The notes under the pieces were generated by a model. That model saw only the letters and a program-made list of their open reading frames with translations. It ran no database searches and was not told where the DNA came from. The translations under genes were made by a program, and so were the position numbers. Shown here piece after piece: positions 37,594 to 50,720 of a DNA stretch of 64,000 bases. How positions within the stretch are numbered: position 1 is the first letter of the stretch; every line of letters begins with the position of its first letter. This stretch comes from Callorhinchus milii (lineage: Eukaryota): contig NW_024704743.1 of NCBI RefSeq assembly GCF_018977255.1, forward strand, positions 93,064,001 to 93,128,000, written 5' to 3'.

Positions 37594-40500
37594 AACTGCT
37601 CCAGCATGATATCTATATGTAAATAGGGTGATGGTTGAAGACCTTTTTTTAGCACAAACCCCATTTTCATACACTAAAATTTGTGTTGTTCATTCTTTAA
37701 TTATTGCCTGCATAACCTTAACTGTGAATCTGTCTCAGGTCACCCACTCAGGCTGTAACTCTGCCGCCACTTTGAATTTTGACTCCATAGGCTTGTGTTT
37801 GTTTCAATTTATTATTTATTTAATTTCATTTTAAAAGCTATCAAAGATCTTGTTTTTGGTAGGGTATATCATATTATAGTAATAACAATAACAAGATGTG
37901 TTTTCACCCCACCCGGAAGTGTTAATGTTGCCTATGATTATGAAATAAGCCTTGTTTTTGCTTCATCTTTCTGGACTGAGAAAGCAGTGGTATGGAAATG
38001 GTTGTTGAAGCATACAGGTAGGGATTATTAGTTTAGAAAAAGTATTATTTCAATCATCCCTGAAGATAAATTAGGGACCTGTGCAGAAGCACTAAATATA
38101 TCAGATTCAGAATTTTTTTNAAAATCTCAGATGTATTTAACAACTAAGAGAAAACAACAGTATGTGAGAATTATATATTGGGTACTAATAGATCAAACAG
38201 AGGTCAATGGGACAAAACCCACTTTAGTTACAAGAAACTACAAGAAAGCAAAGATTATTGCATACTGTGTATTGAACACATATACAAATCTAGCTCAGTG
38301 ACATACTCAGTGACATACAACAGCAAAGGTAAAGGTTAGACATGGTTAGGCAAACCCTGAAATAACAAACTGTAATTTTGGTCAATATTTATCTCCAAAT
38401 CAAATATTCAAATGTTGTCAATCTCAATCAAATTTAAACACTTAAGGGAAACCATCTCACTAATCAAATGTTAACCTACTGTATTATTTCTAGCCATAGA
38501 AAGGATTATGAAACAAAGTATAAAAAGCCAGATTTGACAGTGCTCATGTTTTGACGTGTTATTGTTGTTTAACTCTGAGACACTCATTCGCCACTGCTCA
38601 ACTGCATTGTTCTTGATCCTCAGCTTCAATTGTTGTACTTGTTCTTCAGCATGTATTTGTCTTACACACGATACATGTACCATCCCGGATCTGACTGTAT
38701 ATTATATAAAATGGCAATGCTAGTCTTTACACCATTATTGCACGTCTACATTTTGATTCAGGAAAAAAGGCGATAGCTAGGTGTCCAAGAGGGTCATGCT
38801 GATGTATGTCCCAGGTCCACAATTTCAAAATTCTTTGATGCATGTTCAAAATCATCCAGCAGCATACTATTCTCAAGCAGTCTATATAATGAAAACAATG
38901 TAGATGTGACACAATGAATAGGTGAAAATTATTACTGTCAAAACAATACTGCCACTTAGTACATTGCACAACTTATGAAAACAGCATTCATAAAACAGTT
39001 AATGCATACAATGAGTTTTGTTAATTAAATATAAGATGAAATGGCATCTATAAAAAATGTATTAACCAGTAAATCTACGCAAACCCATTTCACGTGATCC
39101 CTATTCATGGGTGTCATAGTTAAAAAAAAGTAAATCTTGGTGCCATTATCTATTCGTCTTATTCCAAAACACAACTGTAAAAAAGATTTAAAGTTACGTC
39201 GTTCAATAAGCAGAATTAAAGATTCTAAATTACAGCCCCAAAACTCTCATTTTAAGTTATGATTTCATGTGGTGAGTTTATTAATTATCATATCATTTAT
39301 TTATTTCTACTGAGAAGACAGCACACCATCTCTCCAGAAATCAATGGTGAGGTCTCGTGAGGTATTTCTTAATTATATTCATTAATAATGAATCCTGTCA
39401 GAGTTGCCATCGACCTGTAGGTCGCTGTAATACCCTGCCAATTTCTTGAAGTGAGACTCGGATTCTTTGTTAACGAATCTTGGTAAGAAATGCTACAAAT
39501 TAGAACCCACTGTTTTTAATAAAAGACTTAATCAAGTTGGCTTGACCTCTCTCTCCCCGACTCTAGGGAAGGTAGTGTGGCAGATGTGATAGTAATACTC
39601 ACTGTGCCTATGATTCTGCTGCTGGGAATGGTCTGTCTGGAGATTGGAGGATCCCATAACTACAAATAATAGCCTAGGAGTACTATGCTACTTTGTTATT
39701 GATTTTAAAAATAATTAACATCATTTGTTTCTGATGGAAGAACTATGATATTAGCAATTCTAACACCAACAAGTTATGGTACTCCCCTTTAACTATAGAA
39801 TTTTCTCTTCCCATTGCTTTGCATAAGCAGATCTGCAGACAATAAGTGTACAGTTTTCATACGTAAGTAAAGCCATCGCTTGTTCTATGATCTACAAGAA
39901 TTCCAAAAGATATATTGTTCACAGTCTGACTCATGCACTCTAGGTGGACACCTTCAAGATCTCCTTCTTGTAACATACAACAGTGCACCAGCAATGTAAT
40001 TTTTAAGTAAAATTCATGAACTACATAATTGGCTGTAACAAAATACAAAAAATACAAAATTACATTTATAGCGCCTTTCACGTCGGGAGGACATCCGAAG
40101 GCTATTGGGTTAAAAACTGCACTTGAGTCATAGATATGTTCTTTTATTTCATTCCAGACAAGCTCAGTATATGACTGCAGTAATACAGGGGCAAATCAAT
40201 GCATAGGCAGGATTGCAAAGGAGATTGGATCATGGTAAATAGCCATGTAAATTGAGGAATACACATATCAATTAAAATAAACTGGGCCACTGTACTCATG
40301 GTAACTATGGATATCACCTATTCAAAGTTTTCATTGTATATATCAGCATGGTATGGATTTTTGCCTAGTTGATGATGTTTCTGTTAAGTCCATTTTGAGA
40401 CCTACCCTATGTTACTGTTTGTGCTGACCCTCTTATTCGACTTCCCCAAAATATACCCAAGCAACAAAGTTACTTACATGTATTAAACTATTCACCAGTA

Positions 40501-40637
40501 TAATAATTCTTTATTGTTGTGTCTCAAATGCTAAATGTTCTATGATTTCTAAGTAAATGTTCCTGACTTACATCCATAGTACGACATATGGTGCAGAGAA
40601 TGTACACAGAACACTAAAATATTCTTCTGCTTACATA

Positions 40638-41427
40638 AGGGGTGAAAATTATGATTTGTAATTTGTTATCACCTGTGATAATCAGCATACTGGTGATAAA
40701 TGGAGTCGATGAAGCTGGTTGATAACAAGACTCTTCTTCCCTCCCCAACTACGTCACAATGGATAATAATAATCCTTGCATTTGATATAGTGTCTTATCA
40801 CGTCTTCGAGACGTCTCAAAGCGCTTCACAGAATATACTGTAAAGTGAATTGACTGTATATTTTATGGGTGAAACATGGCAGCTAATTGTGCACAGCAGT
40901 GTCCTACAAGCAGTCATGGATTGAAGTGACCAATTTATTATTATTTTTTTTAAGGAATTATTACTCTTGGAAAAGTGATCCACCAATCGACTAACAACCG
41001 GGTTCCTACTTTCTGCTAGGTAAACAGAGGCGTGTGGATAAGGAAAATTGCTCAACATTACGCCTTGCCAGAAATCAAACCCAGGTCTCTTGCTTGTGAG
41101 GCAAGTGCTCCAACTACTGAGTTACACTGAGCTTTTGGATGAGTCAAAAGCTTATCAGTGGCTGGTTTGAGGGATACTTTCATAACTCAACAGAATAAAT
41201 CATTGTTAAGCCAATACCCTGTGAATCCTAGTTCTGATGCTATGATCCACAAGCCAGAAGTTCAGTGATGGCTGAAGGCTAGTTTTGGACCCATCCAATA
41301 TGACGGTAATGGAGGAGGGAGTATATGGAAGAAAGTTTGCTATTGACTGACTTTGTTGACTGTATTCAACAATGTGATAATTACCATGGTGATAATTTTC
41401 ACATCACACATCATAATTTTCACCCGC
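40638..41427. mobile_element. Non-autonomous TIR DNA element with nested SINE
   Basis: About 50-bp imperfect TIRs (gggtgaaaattatgat...ttatcacc) at both ends, with TA on both flanks. Confidence 0.65.
40763..41125 (-). mobile_element. Young tRNA-SINE, long form
   Basis: Colinear with 7242-7617. Confidence 0.9.
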
Positions 41428-41449
41428 TAGATATCTGTGTTTATAAATC

Positions 41450-42761
41450 TATATATAGATAAATATGTGCGTACATATCACACATCACATAAATCCATCT
41501 TTATCTATCTGCATATCCATTGAAAAGTGTATTTATACATAAACATATAGAGTGATAGCGATCTACGTGAGAACCAGAGCCAACTTGGCAGACACTGTTT
41601 CCAAAGTGCAGATCAACCAACCCCAAAAATACTAAACATCTGAGGAAAGTACTGTTCATTTCCTAATGGAGGACATTTTTTTGCTTGCTGTTACGACGTT
41701 TACATAATACATTGAAAGTAAAATATTTGTGTATCCTAGCCTCTAGAAAAATTATGAATAATAATGAAGAACAACTATAAAAGTAAATTTCTCAATACTT
41801 ATCTATCTAATGCGACAAAGGAAAAACAGAGTGAGTAAGTATACCTATCAAAAAGACACGTTAACACTCACAAAATATCGTAGAGGCATATGAACAAAGG
41901 ACATTTAGAAGCTAGAAATTTTCTCTAAACTTTTTACTTTTTTAACTGATTAATGAATATTCAAGGTGCAGTACACAATAAAAATAGTTTCTCTTTTATT
42001 AGATGTTATCAAAAACATTGGCTCATGCACCCTTTTCTGTTTTAAGCCATAAAAAGAATCTGATCTATATTGCCTTTTTCTTGCATAATTTTATGCATAT
42101 CGATATCTGTATTCACTACATACGAATATGTCTAGGTATGTATTTGTAAGTAATTTAGTGTAAATTATATATCTACAAGATGAGCACGGTTTGGCTGATA
42201 ATAGTAGTATTTTCAGTGATTAATTTTAAAAACAATCATCACTGGCCTTTGTAGAAAAAGATCACAAAATTTAAAAAACGTTTTTTGTTTGTTTTAAATT
42301 ATGTCATCATTTTGCCCTTAGGTCTCTCATGTATCGTAGAATAAAAAACATTCTTTTAAAACAAACATTTATGTTATAAATAAATGCATCAAGTTTTCAA
42401 CTCATTAACATACGTGTACCATGCATTTCTCCCAGATAGAGTTAATATCTACATGATATAACTTTCTTTGGTTTTAGTGAAAACGCTACCTTAACACCAT
42501 TGAATGTTTGTTTTTGCACAGTGGAACCCTATAAAGTTTATCTCTGGATAAAAATATTCCTTTGGTTAGCTGACTTTTAGTGTTATTTATGCACAAATAG
42601 GTTTCTTGCTTTCTGATCATTGATTCTGTAAATTGGAGAATCACTTCTCAAGATTTCACTGTGCATGCGGGATGTAATCTTAAATGAAAAGAGAAACTGA
42701 AACAGAAAAAAAAAAGAGGATATTGGACATTATGGAGTCCTTGTTTATGAAATAGTCTTTA
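41450..42761 (-). other. NETO1: Probable NETO1 proximal 3'UTR
   Basis: AT-rich and free of recognisable repeats directly after the stop. AATAAA at 42000-41995, plus miR-9, miR-128 and RBFOX-type motifs on the transcribed strand. The distal end is not determined. Confidence 0.6.
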
Positions 42762-43342
42762 TCAAAAATCAATTGATACTGACCGCTGGACAGACTTATC
42801 ATTTCTGGACAGTCTGTGGCTCGTAGTCGGGACTTCTTCGATTTCATCAATATCACATGCATCTGCTGCGTCCTGTGAGTAGCTGTGCTTCATGACGAGG
42901 ATACTCCGCCTGCTCATAGGCTGGACGCTAGGCTTCACTGGTTGCGGCTGTATCTCTGAGAGGATAGTGGCATCGCGGGTGCTGAGGTTACTACGGCTAC
43001 CTTTAATGCTAGACATCTGGGAACCACAGTGATGGTCGTGGATGCATTTAGAAGACGATCGCCTCAGTTTATGGTAATTCTCAAAATCATCTACAATGTC
43101 CCCCAGATCAGCTGCTGCCCCTTTCCCTTTAAGAGAGCAGAGTTCATAGTGTGTGGGCTCAAAAACCTCCTGAAAAACTGTTTGGTCAAAGTCTGGTTTT
43201 CTTTGGATGAATTTTTTGCGAGGCTGTTTGATCTGAACTATAACAGAGATAACAATGAGAATAATCACAATGCAAGAGGTGATCCCGATTATAGTCCCAC
43301 TGGTGTTGGTAAGCTGGTCCAGCAGGCTTGCTTTTCTTTTCT
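42762..43342 (-). CDS. NETO1: NETO1 exon encoding TM helix and cytoplasmic tail, ending ...[12 protein letters not shown] if unspliced
   Basis: Acceptor ttatgttatacag|AG. Translates (E)[43 protein letters not shown]...[20 protein letters not shown]...[17 protein letters not shown]. These motifs match NETO1 rather than NETO2. Stop TGA at 42764-42762. Confidence 0.96.
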
Positions 43343-43899
43343 CTGTATAACATAAATGAAGGAAATTGTTACCAGTTTTAATACATCATTTTACACTTCA
43401 AGATTGTCTTAAAGCTGCAGGTTCCCTTTTCTTGGGTTTTTAGGTAAAGGCCTGAGTGGACATGAGGAGCATTATATTCATTTATATGATGCTACGCTTG
43501 ACCCAAGGAGGGTTTGATATTGAAATGAGGTACAGAAACTGGGGAGATATTCTATTCCCAGAATCAAACTGCTTTTCTTTCCTTCTTTGATCCTATAAAA
43601 TGTTTCAGTCTAATTATTTTGGTTCTGATGAAGGATCAGACCAGTTATGTTAAGCTATCTATTTTTCAGGTGCTGAATTAGTTTGATTTTCAGTTGTATT
43701 CATCTCCACTAGTTGACTTCCATCAGCCACAAAAACACAACCATTCATCATTTGGCACATATTACTGCTCTCTGACAACTTGGAAAATATCACTTGTATG
43801 AATTACTGTGGTTAATTTACTTTAATAACTACACCCTTAAAAGTTATTACTGCACCATGAGGTTTTGCGTTCTTGTTTGTATTAATGGCCTCCACTATT

Positions 43900-44700
43900 A
43901 TAGCCCTGAGAACATTGCAACCTGAAGAGGCTCTTGAGCCTGTTCTGACAGTTCATTCAATCATTTCAGGTCTTTTAATCCCATGTAGATATTCACTCAA
44001 TGACCTTCAATATCCTTATTTCTCATCTCTCTATTTCCCTTTTAAACATCCCAAATTATTCTGTCTCTGTAGCTTTCTTATACCGTGTATTCCACATATT
44101 GACAATGCTCTATGTGAGGAAATGGTTTATGAGACTAATTCACCCTCCCTCCCACACCATTTCTATCTACAGGTCCTTTATATGTAGGTGTAAAAAACTA
44201 GGACCAATCCTTGTTTTGCCTTTTGTCACTGTCCACAATTGAGAGAATGTCACTTGTAGTCCAACTGTGCTTTCTACCACACACACATTTTTTATTCGTG
44301 TCCCAAAATGACCTTAATTTTAGCAAGTAATCTCTTATGTGGTGCACTATTAAATAACTTCTGAAAATCCATTTTAAGGTTTCCCATCTACCTTCCTTTA
44401 TCTATCACCTCTGTGGCTCTGTTGAAGAACTCCATTGGGTTTGTGAGACATGACCTTTCCTTTGCAAAGCTATTCTGGCTCTCTGTGCATATTTCTGCAG
44501 ATGTTCAGTTATTCTATACTTGATAAGATTCCAGTAATTTGCCCACAACTGATGTAAACCCACAATCTGCATACATAGTTTGTCCCTACCTCCTTTCTTC
44601 AATGACAGTGTCACATGTATTACCTTCCAATCTGCTGGTATAATTCCACAATCCAGAATCTTTGGAAAATTATAATTAAAATATCTGCAAAGTCTTCACT
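43900..44700 (-). mobile_element. Decayed CR1 fragments in a NETO1 intron
   Basis: 3'UTR-like piece at 43900-44130. The RT-like piece at 44290-44700 is colinear with the SCLTNL.EFFE.VT and YRPVSLTS regions. Confidence 0.65.
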
Positions 44701-45997
44701 TATTTTATTTATTCTCCAGGTTATTCTCCAATGGTTGCATATATATCTGCTTTTAATGGGCTGTCTTCCTTTAAGACTCACTTTCTCTTGGGAATACTAG
44801 TGAAAAAAACTTTAATTCTTAGTACCATCTGAAAGTTATTTTTGTCCCATATTCCCTCCTGCCTCCATAATAATTTATTCAGCTCTTTTTATTACTTCCT
44901 ATATTTATCCAGTTTCTTGGCGCTATCTCTTGCTATTCTATTTTTTGGGGGTTGATTCTGATAGTAACCACATTATTAGTCTCACCAACAACCTCTGCCC
45001 CTTCCACACCCTGACCTCCCCCTCCCCCCCACAGCCCATCTCAAACTCCAAATCAGGCATGTGAAGTGCTTTGGAAAGTCCTCTCAACATCAAAGGTGCT
45101 ACATAAATGTAAATTGTAATTGTCAAAGCTCAAACTTTGCCTTTTGGAGGAATATACTCATTTTTGTAATGTCCTAATTATCTCTCAGAATAGATTATAT
45201 ATTTTTCAGGTGATTTACCAACTAATAATTCCTCCATATTATTTTAGTTAATCCCTTCCTCGCCCTTCATACCTGACTTTTTGTAAGTTAAATGGTGTCC
45301 TGTTTCATGACAAACCTTTCATTATAATCACTGGGAAAAGGGATTGTGGATCTTTAAGAACATAAATAAGAGAATAAAAGTCTAAATGTCAAAAAGACCC
45401 TTCGCAATATGATGTAATCTTCAGTAATACTTTATGGTTATTAAATAATTCATTATTTATCCTATATAACAAATGAATATTGTAGAGATGACATAACAGA
45501 TCCGTAACACATTCCATAGAACAAATCTTTGTTAAACTAAATTACTCAGACCGTTGTACAAAATGGTTATTTGAAATGCTCTGTCACTCTAAAAAAATGA
45601 CTACTACTTAAAAGAATTAGAAAGTACGTGTAGTATAAGTTTACATAATTTATTTGTCCTTATGGTTAGTTTTCTCCTTTTCCTTCCCTCAATCTCTTAT
45701 CAGCAGATCAACAGATCTGAATTAGAGAGTGCTTTTTTTACTTTGAGAGCAAATTAAACAATATTGGTATTAACAAGTTGCAAATTGCTGCATAATTCAA
45801 AGGAGATCTATATAAGGAATGCTAGATAAGCTAAATGCATGAGTTTTTGACATGAGCTTGCACTTAACCAAATTGCAGACATTTTTTGTGCATTTCACAA
45901 TCTCATGAAAGCGCACAGGGTTGCTCGGAGGTTTTGGAAAGGAAATCAGAAGAGGGAAGAAAAAGTATTTTTTTAAAGAAAGGGAAGAGGCTCTTAC

Positions 45998-46111
45998 CTT
46001 TGCAATGATTTTCATCCCAGGGATACACACAGTTCTGAACTCCATTGCAGACCAAAGTGTCATTAATGCACATGTTGCTGTGGCAAAAGAAAGTGTTGGC
46101 ATCACAAGGGG
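45998..46111 (-). CDS. NETO1: NETO1 internal exon, LDL-receptor class A domain (114 bp, phase 1 to 1)
   Basis: Acceptor tttctttctcag|CC, donor AAAG|gtaaga. Translates (P)[37 protein letters not shown](E), a six-Cys LDLa pattern. Phases match both neighbouring exons. Confidence 0.96.
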
Positions 46112-46264
46112 CTGAGAAAGAAATACGTAAAAGGAGACGCAAGTTAAAAAGCATCTAGATGTTAAAGTATGGTTTGTGCTGTAAGTTAAACTTGGTCTAA
46201 ACAACAGTTAAGGCATTACAATTGCCATTAATGTTTCTGGTTATGAAAGGTATTTGAAAGACAC

Positions 46265-46660
46265 ACTATTACAAAAGAAAGACAAATGAGAAGACTGATT
46301 CGTTGACTTGATTCCATCCTTCCAGAATACCCACACTACTGCCTTCCTATTACAGCATCAAACTGGTTTTTAATTGAGTCCAGTTTAATGGCCTCAAAGA
46401 CCTTTCCTGGAGACATGTTACATTCAGTAACTACCCTCTGCATAAATAAATAAATATTTTGTGGTGTCTGTCCTGAAATTATGTTTCACAACCCTGAATT
46501 TGTGTACATTTTATGTTGCATTGATGTATCTAAGAGCATCGTCAAGGATTTACTTTAATTCCATTTAGGATTTAAGATGAGTTCTCCTCTGTGATGTTTC
46601 ATTTCAAAGGTGAAGAGCATTATGTTTCCTAATCATTCCTCATAGCTGCTCCTTTAAATA
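46265..46660 (-). mobile_element. Decayed CR1 3' fragment
   Basis: Colinear with the CR1 3' end at 61020-61510. Confidence 0.55.
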
Positions 46661-47854
46661 TGTGCATTGAAGATTGATGAATGCAGGATCAGGCTCCACT
46701 GTGACAACACTGTGGTCAAATATTATGCCAAGCCTCGCTGTCAAGGCTCACAACAACATGATTAAAGATGGCCATGGCCAGACTACACACCCATGAAATT
46801 GTAACCCAGTGAAAGAAAATTAGAATAATATGCTGTTAGGAGAGGAGAACAATTGATGGGAGTAAAATTAGCAAGAACAATAAAATATCTGAGAGCATAC
46901 TGTAGACTTGAGTAGAATTCTCCTCCATTTTAGGCCAGTAGATGAGTATATTGTCTAGACTTTCCAGCAGATAGTACAATTCCTTAGCTCCTTTTTATGA
47001 ACTCTGCTTTTGGTCAGCTGCGTTTGACCATTATATGTTATATGGTGACCATTATAGCTGAGTGGATCTTATCTTTCTGAACTAACTAAGCTGTAAGTGG
47101 AGGGTGGCGTTTGTCTTTTAACATTTAGCTTCAATTATATAATTAATGGTATTGTCATGAAACCTTCAGTTTGGGGTTAATTGGCTTATAAAATAATCAA
47201 CAATCGATTTTTGCAGGAAATATAATCTTTTTCCTCCAATGTTTTCCTCTCCTCACTTGAAGGAGTTAATCATGCTACCCTAAGGTTAACAGATGCTTGT
47301 AGCTCGCAGATCATTCTTCATATCTGAATCCAGAGAGTGAGAGGTAGTGTAGAATTTCACCACGGACAGTACCAGTTCACCTAAAAATGCAGTCACTAAA
47401 CTAAACACTAAACTTTACTGTGAAGCACATTGAGGTGCTTCGACAATGTGATAAGGCTCTGATGGAAGGATTATTATTAACAGAGCTTCATTCATTTAAT
47501 ATCTGCCAGTGCAAGTATCTACTCTCCATACTTACATACACCTTAAACTCACATACATGGACACCTCAAACTTACAGTCACATACACTTCAAGGATGCAA
47601 GCATAGTCTGAAGAATAAGAATCAGGATAGCAATTGGAAGTAATTTCTTCAATCAGAAGAGTGTGGAATTCCTCACAAGAAGTGGCTTTCGAAGATCAGT
47701 AAATTATTCAAAAGAGAACTAGACAAGCACCCGAGCATTAAATACATTAAGGGAAATGGGGAAAAAGCAGGAGAGTGGAATTAGTGATACTGATGGTAAT
47801 GCAGTTGCCATCGTACAATCACAATTCTATATTTCTGTTTTAAGAGTGTTTTGA

Positions 47855-47868
47855 CCACTAGGTGGTGC
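47855..47868 (+). promoter_or_regulatory. Candidate CTCF site in a NETO1 intron
   Basis: tgaCCACTAGGTGGTGCtct, a strong match to the CTCF core. Confidence 0.55.
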
Positions 47869-50369
47869 TCTGGTGAAAAGTATGTAAAAATTTAATAAAT
47901 GTATAAATCCTATTTGATTTGAACGAATGCTGATTTGAATCTTCTCTATATATTTTAATATGAGAAAATACCACAAAGGCAGAGGGGATTTTTAAAAGAA
48001 TCACTTACCATGTGAAGGGTGGGTGGTGTCCTGGTTGGGTCCTACTGTTGAGTGTTTGCTATTTCTTAGCAAATAAATTAATACTTTAGGTGCTGTGAGC
48101 AAAGGTTTAGCATAAAAATGTCATGTTTCACTTCCCTGCTTTAGGAGCCACAAGATGCTCGGAACAATGTACCATTGCATGAGAATTATTAATGTAAGAA
48201 TAATAAAAATAATCTTAATTTAGAAATATTTTGGGGGAAAATCAACTGGGATTTGGTTTATATGTAATAAATTAAGATGAACGGTCTTAAAAATTCAAGC
48301 TTTATTTAAGAATTAGTCAAATTCTGGATGTTCTGAATTGCTGCATCAATACAATACATGTAGGACCAGGTGCAGTTTCCCCCAGTTGAGGTCTAATTCA
48401 TGGTATTTCTCACATGAGAATCCTCAATAAGTAATCCGAGCCAAGCAAGTGAGGAAATCCTTCTATTAACTGACAATACATCAAACCAACCTCTGTGCAG
48501 ACCAATTCACTCTCAGAGCAGAGTTCCTGTGGTTTAATGGGAATTCCAAAAGGATTCCTTGTTAAGGAATCTCATTTAGCAATACAGCAAATTAGACTCT
48601 AGCATTTTTGTCCCAAAAGTGAAGCAGAATGAGATTATATATCATTATCATTATCTACAAAAAGAAACGCTATACATTCAATAAAATATGATTTTAAGGA
48701 ATGAAATGGGAGGATGTTGCTCATTTCCTTCCTCCCAATCTCTTCCCCTCCCATCTTACTTTTCTGCAGGCATTTGACTCTTTTACACTTATAATAATAA
48801 TCATTGCATTTGCGAAAGCGTCTTTCACAGCGGAAAGACATCTCAAAGCGCTTCCCAGGATAGACTGTAAAGTGGAGTGGCTTTGTGTTTTGAGGGCAGC
48901 AACACAAACACCGCAGCCAACTTTGCACAAAACAATGTTCCAATTGGGTATTGCAGCTCCATTACTAACACTCTTACTTTTGGTTTGAAAGGTTGTGGAT
49001 TGAAACCCCATGTCAGGTCTTCAGGAAAAATATTCTATTCAGCATTGAATGCATTTGATTAAGTCAGGCACAAATGGGATTCCCCATTATAGCCATATTT
49101 ACCTACAAAACTCACTGGACTTGGCAGTAATTACTTTGACATATTTCAACATGAAAAGATTCTATAAAAATGAAAGTTTTTTCTTTCTTGGAAAATTTAC
49201 AAACACCCAGTGTCTCACTCAAAGGTCCATTATGTATGTGTTAGCTGTGATAGTGAGCATCAGCAGGCTATTTGACCCTGAAGGATATCACAGCTGAGCT
49301 CACTCCTGAAATTACCCAGTGCCTTCCTGATTTTCCTCCTTTCAACCCAGGGTAGCTAAGGCCAATTGAGGCACTAGTTCTGCTGTGTGACTCTTGATTG
49401 CTGCAGGTTATGAATTATGAAATATCATTTTGCCCCACTTAGTTTGCTGGTGGTTTGACATGAACTGTGCAGCAGCATGGAATGTCTGTCCTATTTTAGC
49501 TCCAATACAGTACACTACACAGCTATATTGCTCTCAACTCACATTTCAAAAACGATTACTCTTTATTATTCACTCTTTTGTTTGCCACCCAATATTTAAG
49601 CAAAGTGAAAAATCGGGATAAAGAGAACACAGTGTGCATAGACGTACCACATATATGAGCTTTCACCCTGGTAGAAAATTGAATATCACCTTGTTTGCAA
49701 TGCACTTTGCTGTTAAAGATGATATGTTTTATCCAGTGTGAGTTTAGAACACAATAATGTGGTTAAATGGTTGATTATATTCATCTCTTATATAATGTCT
49801 TCTAAGCCTAATCTAAAAATATATCTGATTCACTATATTAATAGAGTTAGGTTTTCATACGTGCATATAAAGGCAGAAGTTGAATAAGACAAAACCAAAC
49901 CAGATTGGCACAATTCCTGCCATGTAAAACAGAACATAGCTTATGCAGGGAGGTGCAAGGATTACACTGCATCATATTTATTTATTTAAATTTGGTGTGC
50001 AAAGCACAATATTTTCTAGATTTCTATGCGCCCTGATATGCTACCCCGGGTGTAAGACTCTATATAAATGCAAATCATTGTAGATTCCATGTTATGGAAT
50101 GAGCCATAGAATTTGTTAGGAAATATCAAAACTTTCCATTTATTCCTAAAGACAGGGTACTGCTTCTGATCCCAACTCCCCACAATAGTCGGACACAAAG
50201 GTAGTTCCTAGAGCTTTAGTGATGCCATCTTGGTTTATCAGCACCAGCTTTGATACTTATTTCCATCCCATACAAGTTGTTGCAGTGTCACTTCACAGGA
50301 TACTGACCGGCTTCACTCAATTTTACTTAAAATGGGATTCTATGAAGTAACACAGACAGCACAACCATC

Positions 50370-50720
50370 ATCAACAACAGCAACTTGCACTTATACAGTG
50401 CCCTCCATGCAGGGTAGGGTCTCAGAGCGCTTAGTGGCAGAGCCTGACTCTGAGCCGAAATGAGTGGTGGGGAGAGGTGGCCGTAAACATGGTCGAAGAG
50501 GAAGGTTTTCAGGTGAGACTTGAAAAAGGGGAGAGAGGGGTCAAGGCGGAGGGATTAAGGGAGAGTGTTCCAGAGTTTCGGGGTACAGTGGCTGAAAGTG
50601 CGACCTGCCAAGGTGGGGTAGAGGGTACGAGGAATGAGCAGAAGGCCAGTGCCAGTCGAGTAGATTGGAGAGTGAAGAGATCGGAGAGCTAGGGAGTTGT
50701 CAGAGAGTGAAGAGATTTGA
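50370..50720 (-). mobile_element. L2 3' fragment
   Basis: Encodes GRTFSHCTPKLWNTLP and has a caacaacagcaacttgcacttata tail. Confidence 0.82.

Noticed and set aside
38294..38318. 12-bp tandem duplication ctcagtgacata, and the (TA)n(CA)n run at 33121-33150
   Set aside because: Ordinary slippage products.
41880..41960. Possible homologue of the mammalian TTRV exon about 1 kb after the donor
   Set aside because: The nearby acceptors I tried give an immediate stop in phase 2, and the similarity is minimal.
43029..43355. Plus-strand ORF antisense to the NETO1 exon
   Set aside because: Explained by the coding constraint on the opposite strand.
47353..47373. RE1/REST-like motif caccacggacagtacc
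   Set aside because: The left TTCAG half is missing and the motif lies in a decayed repeat.
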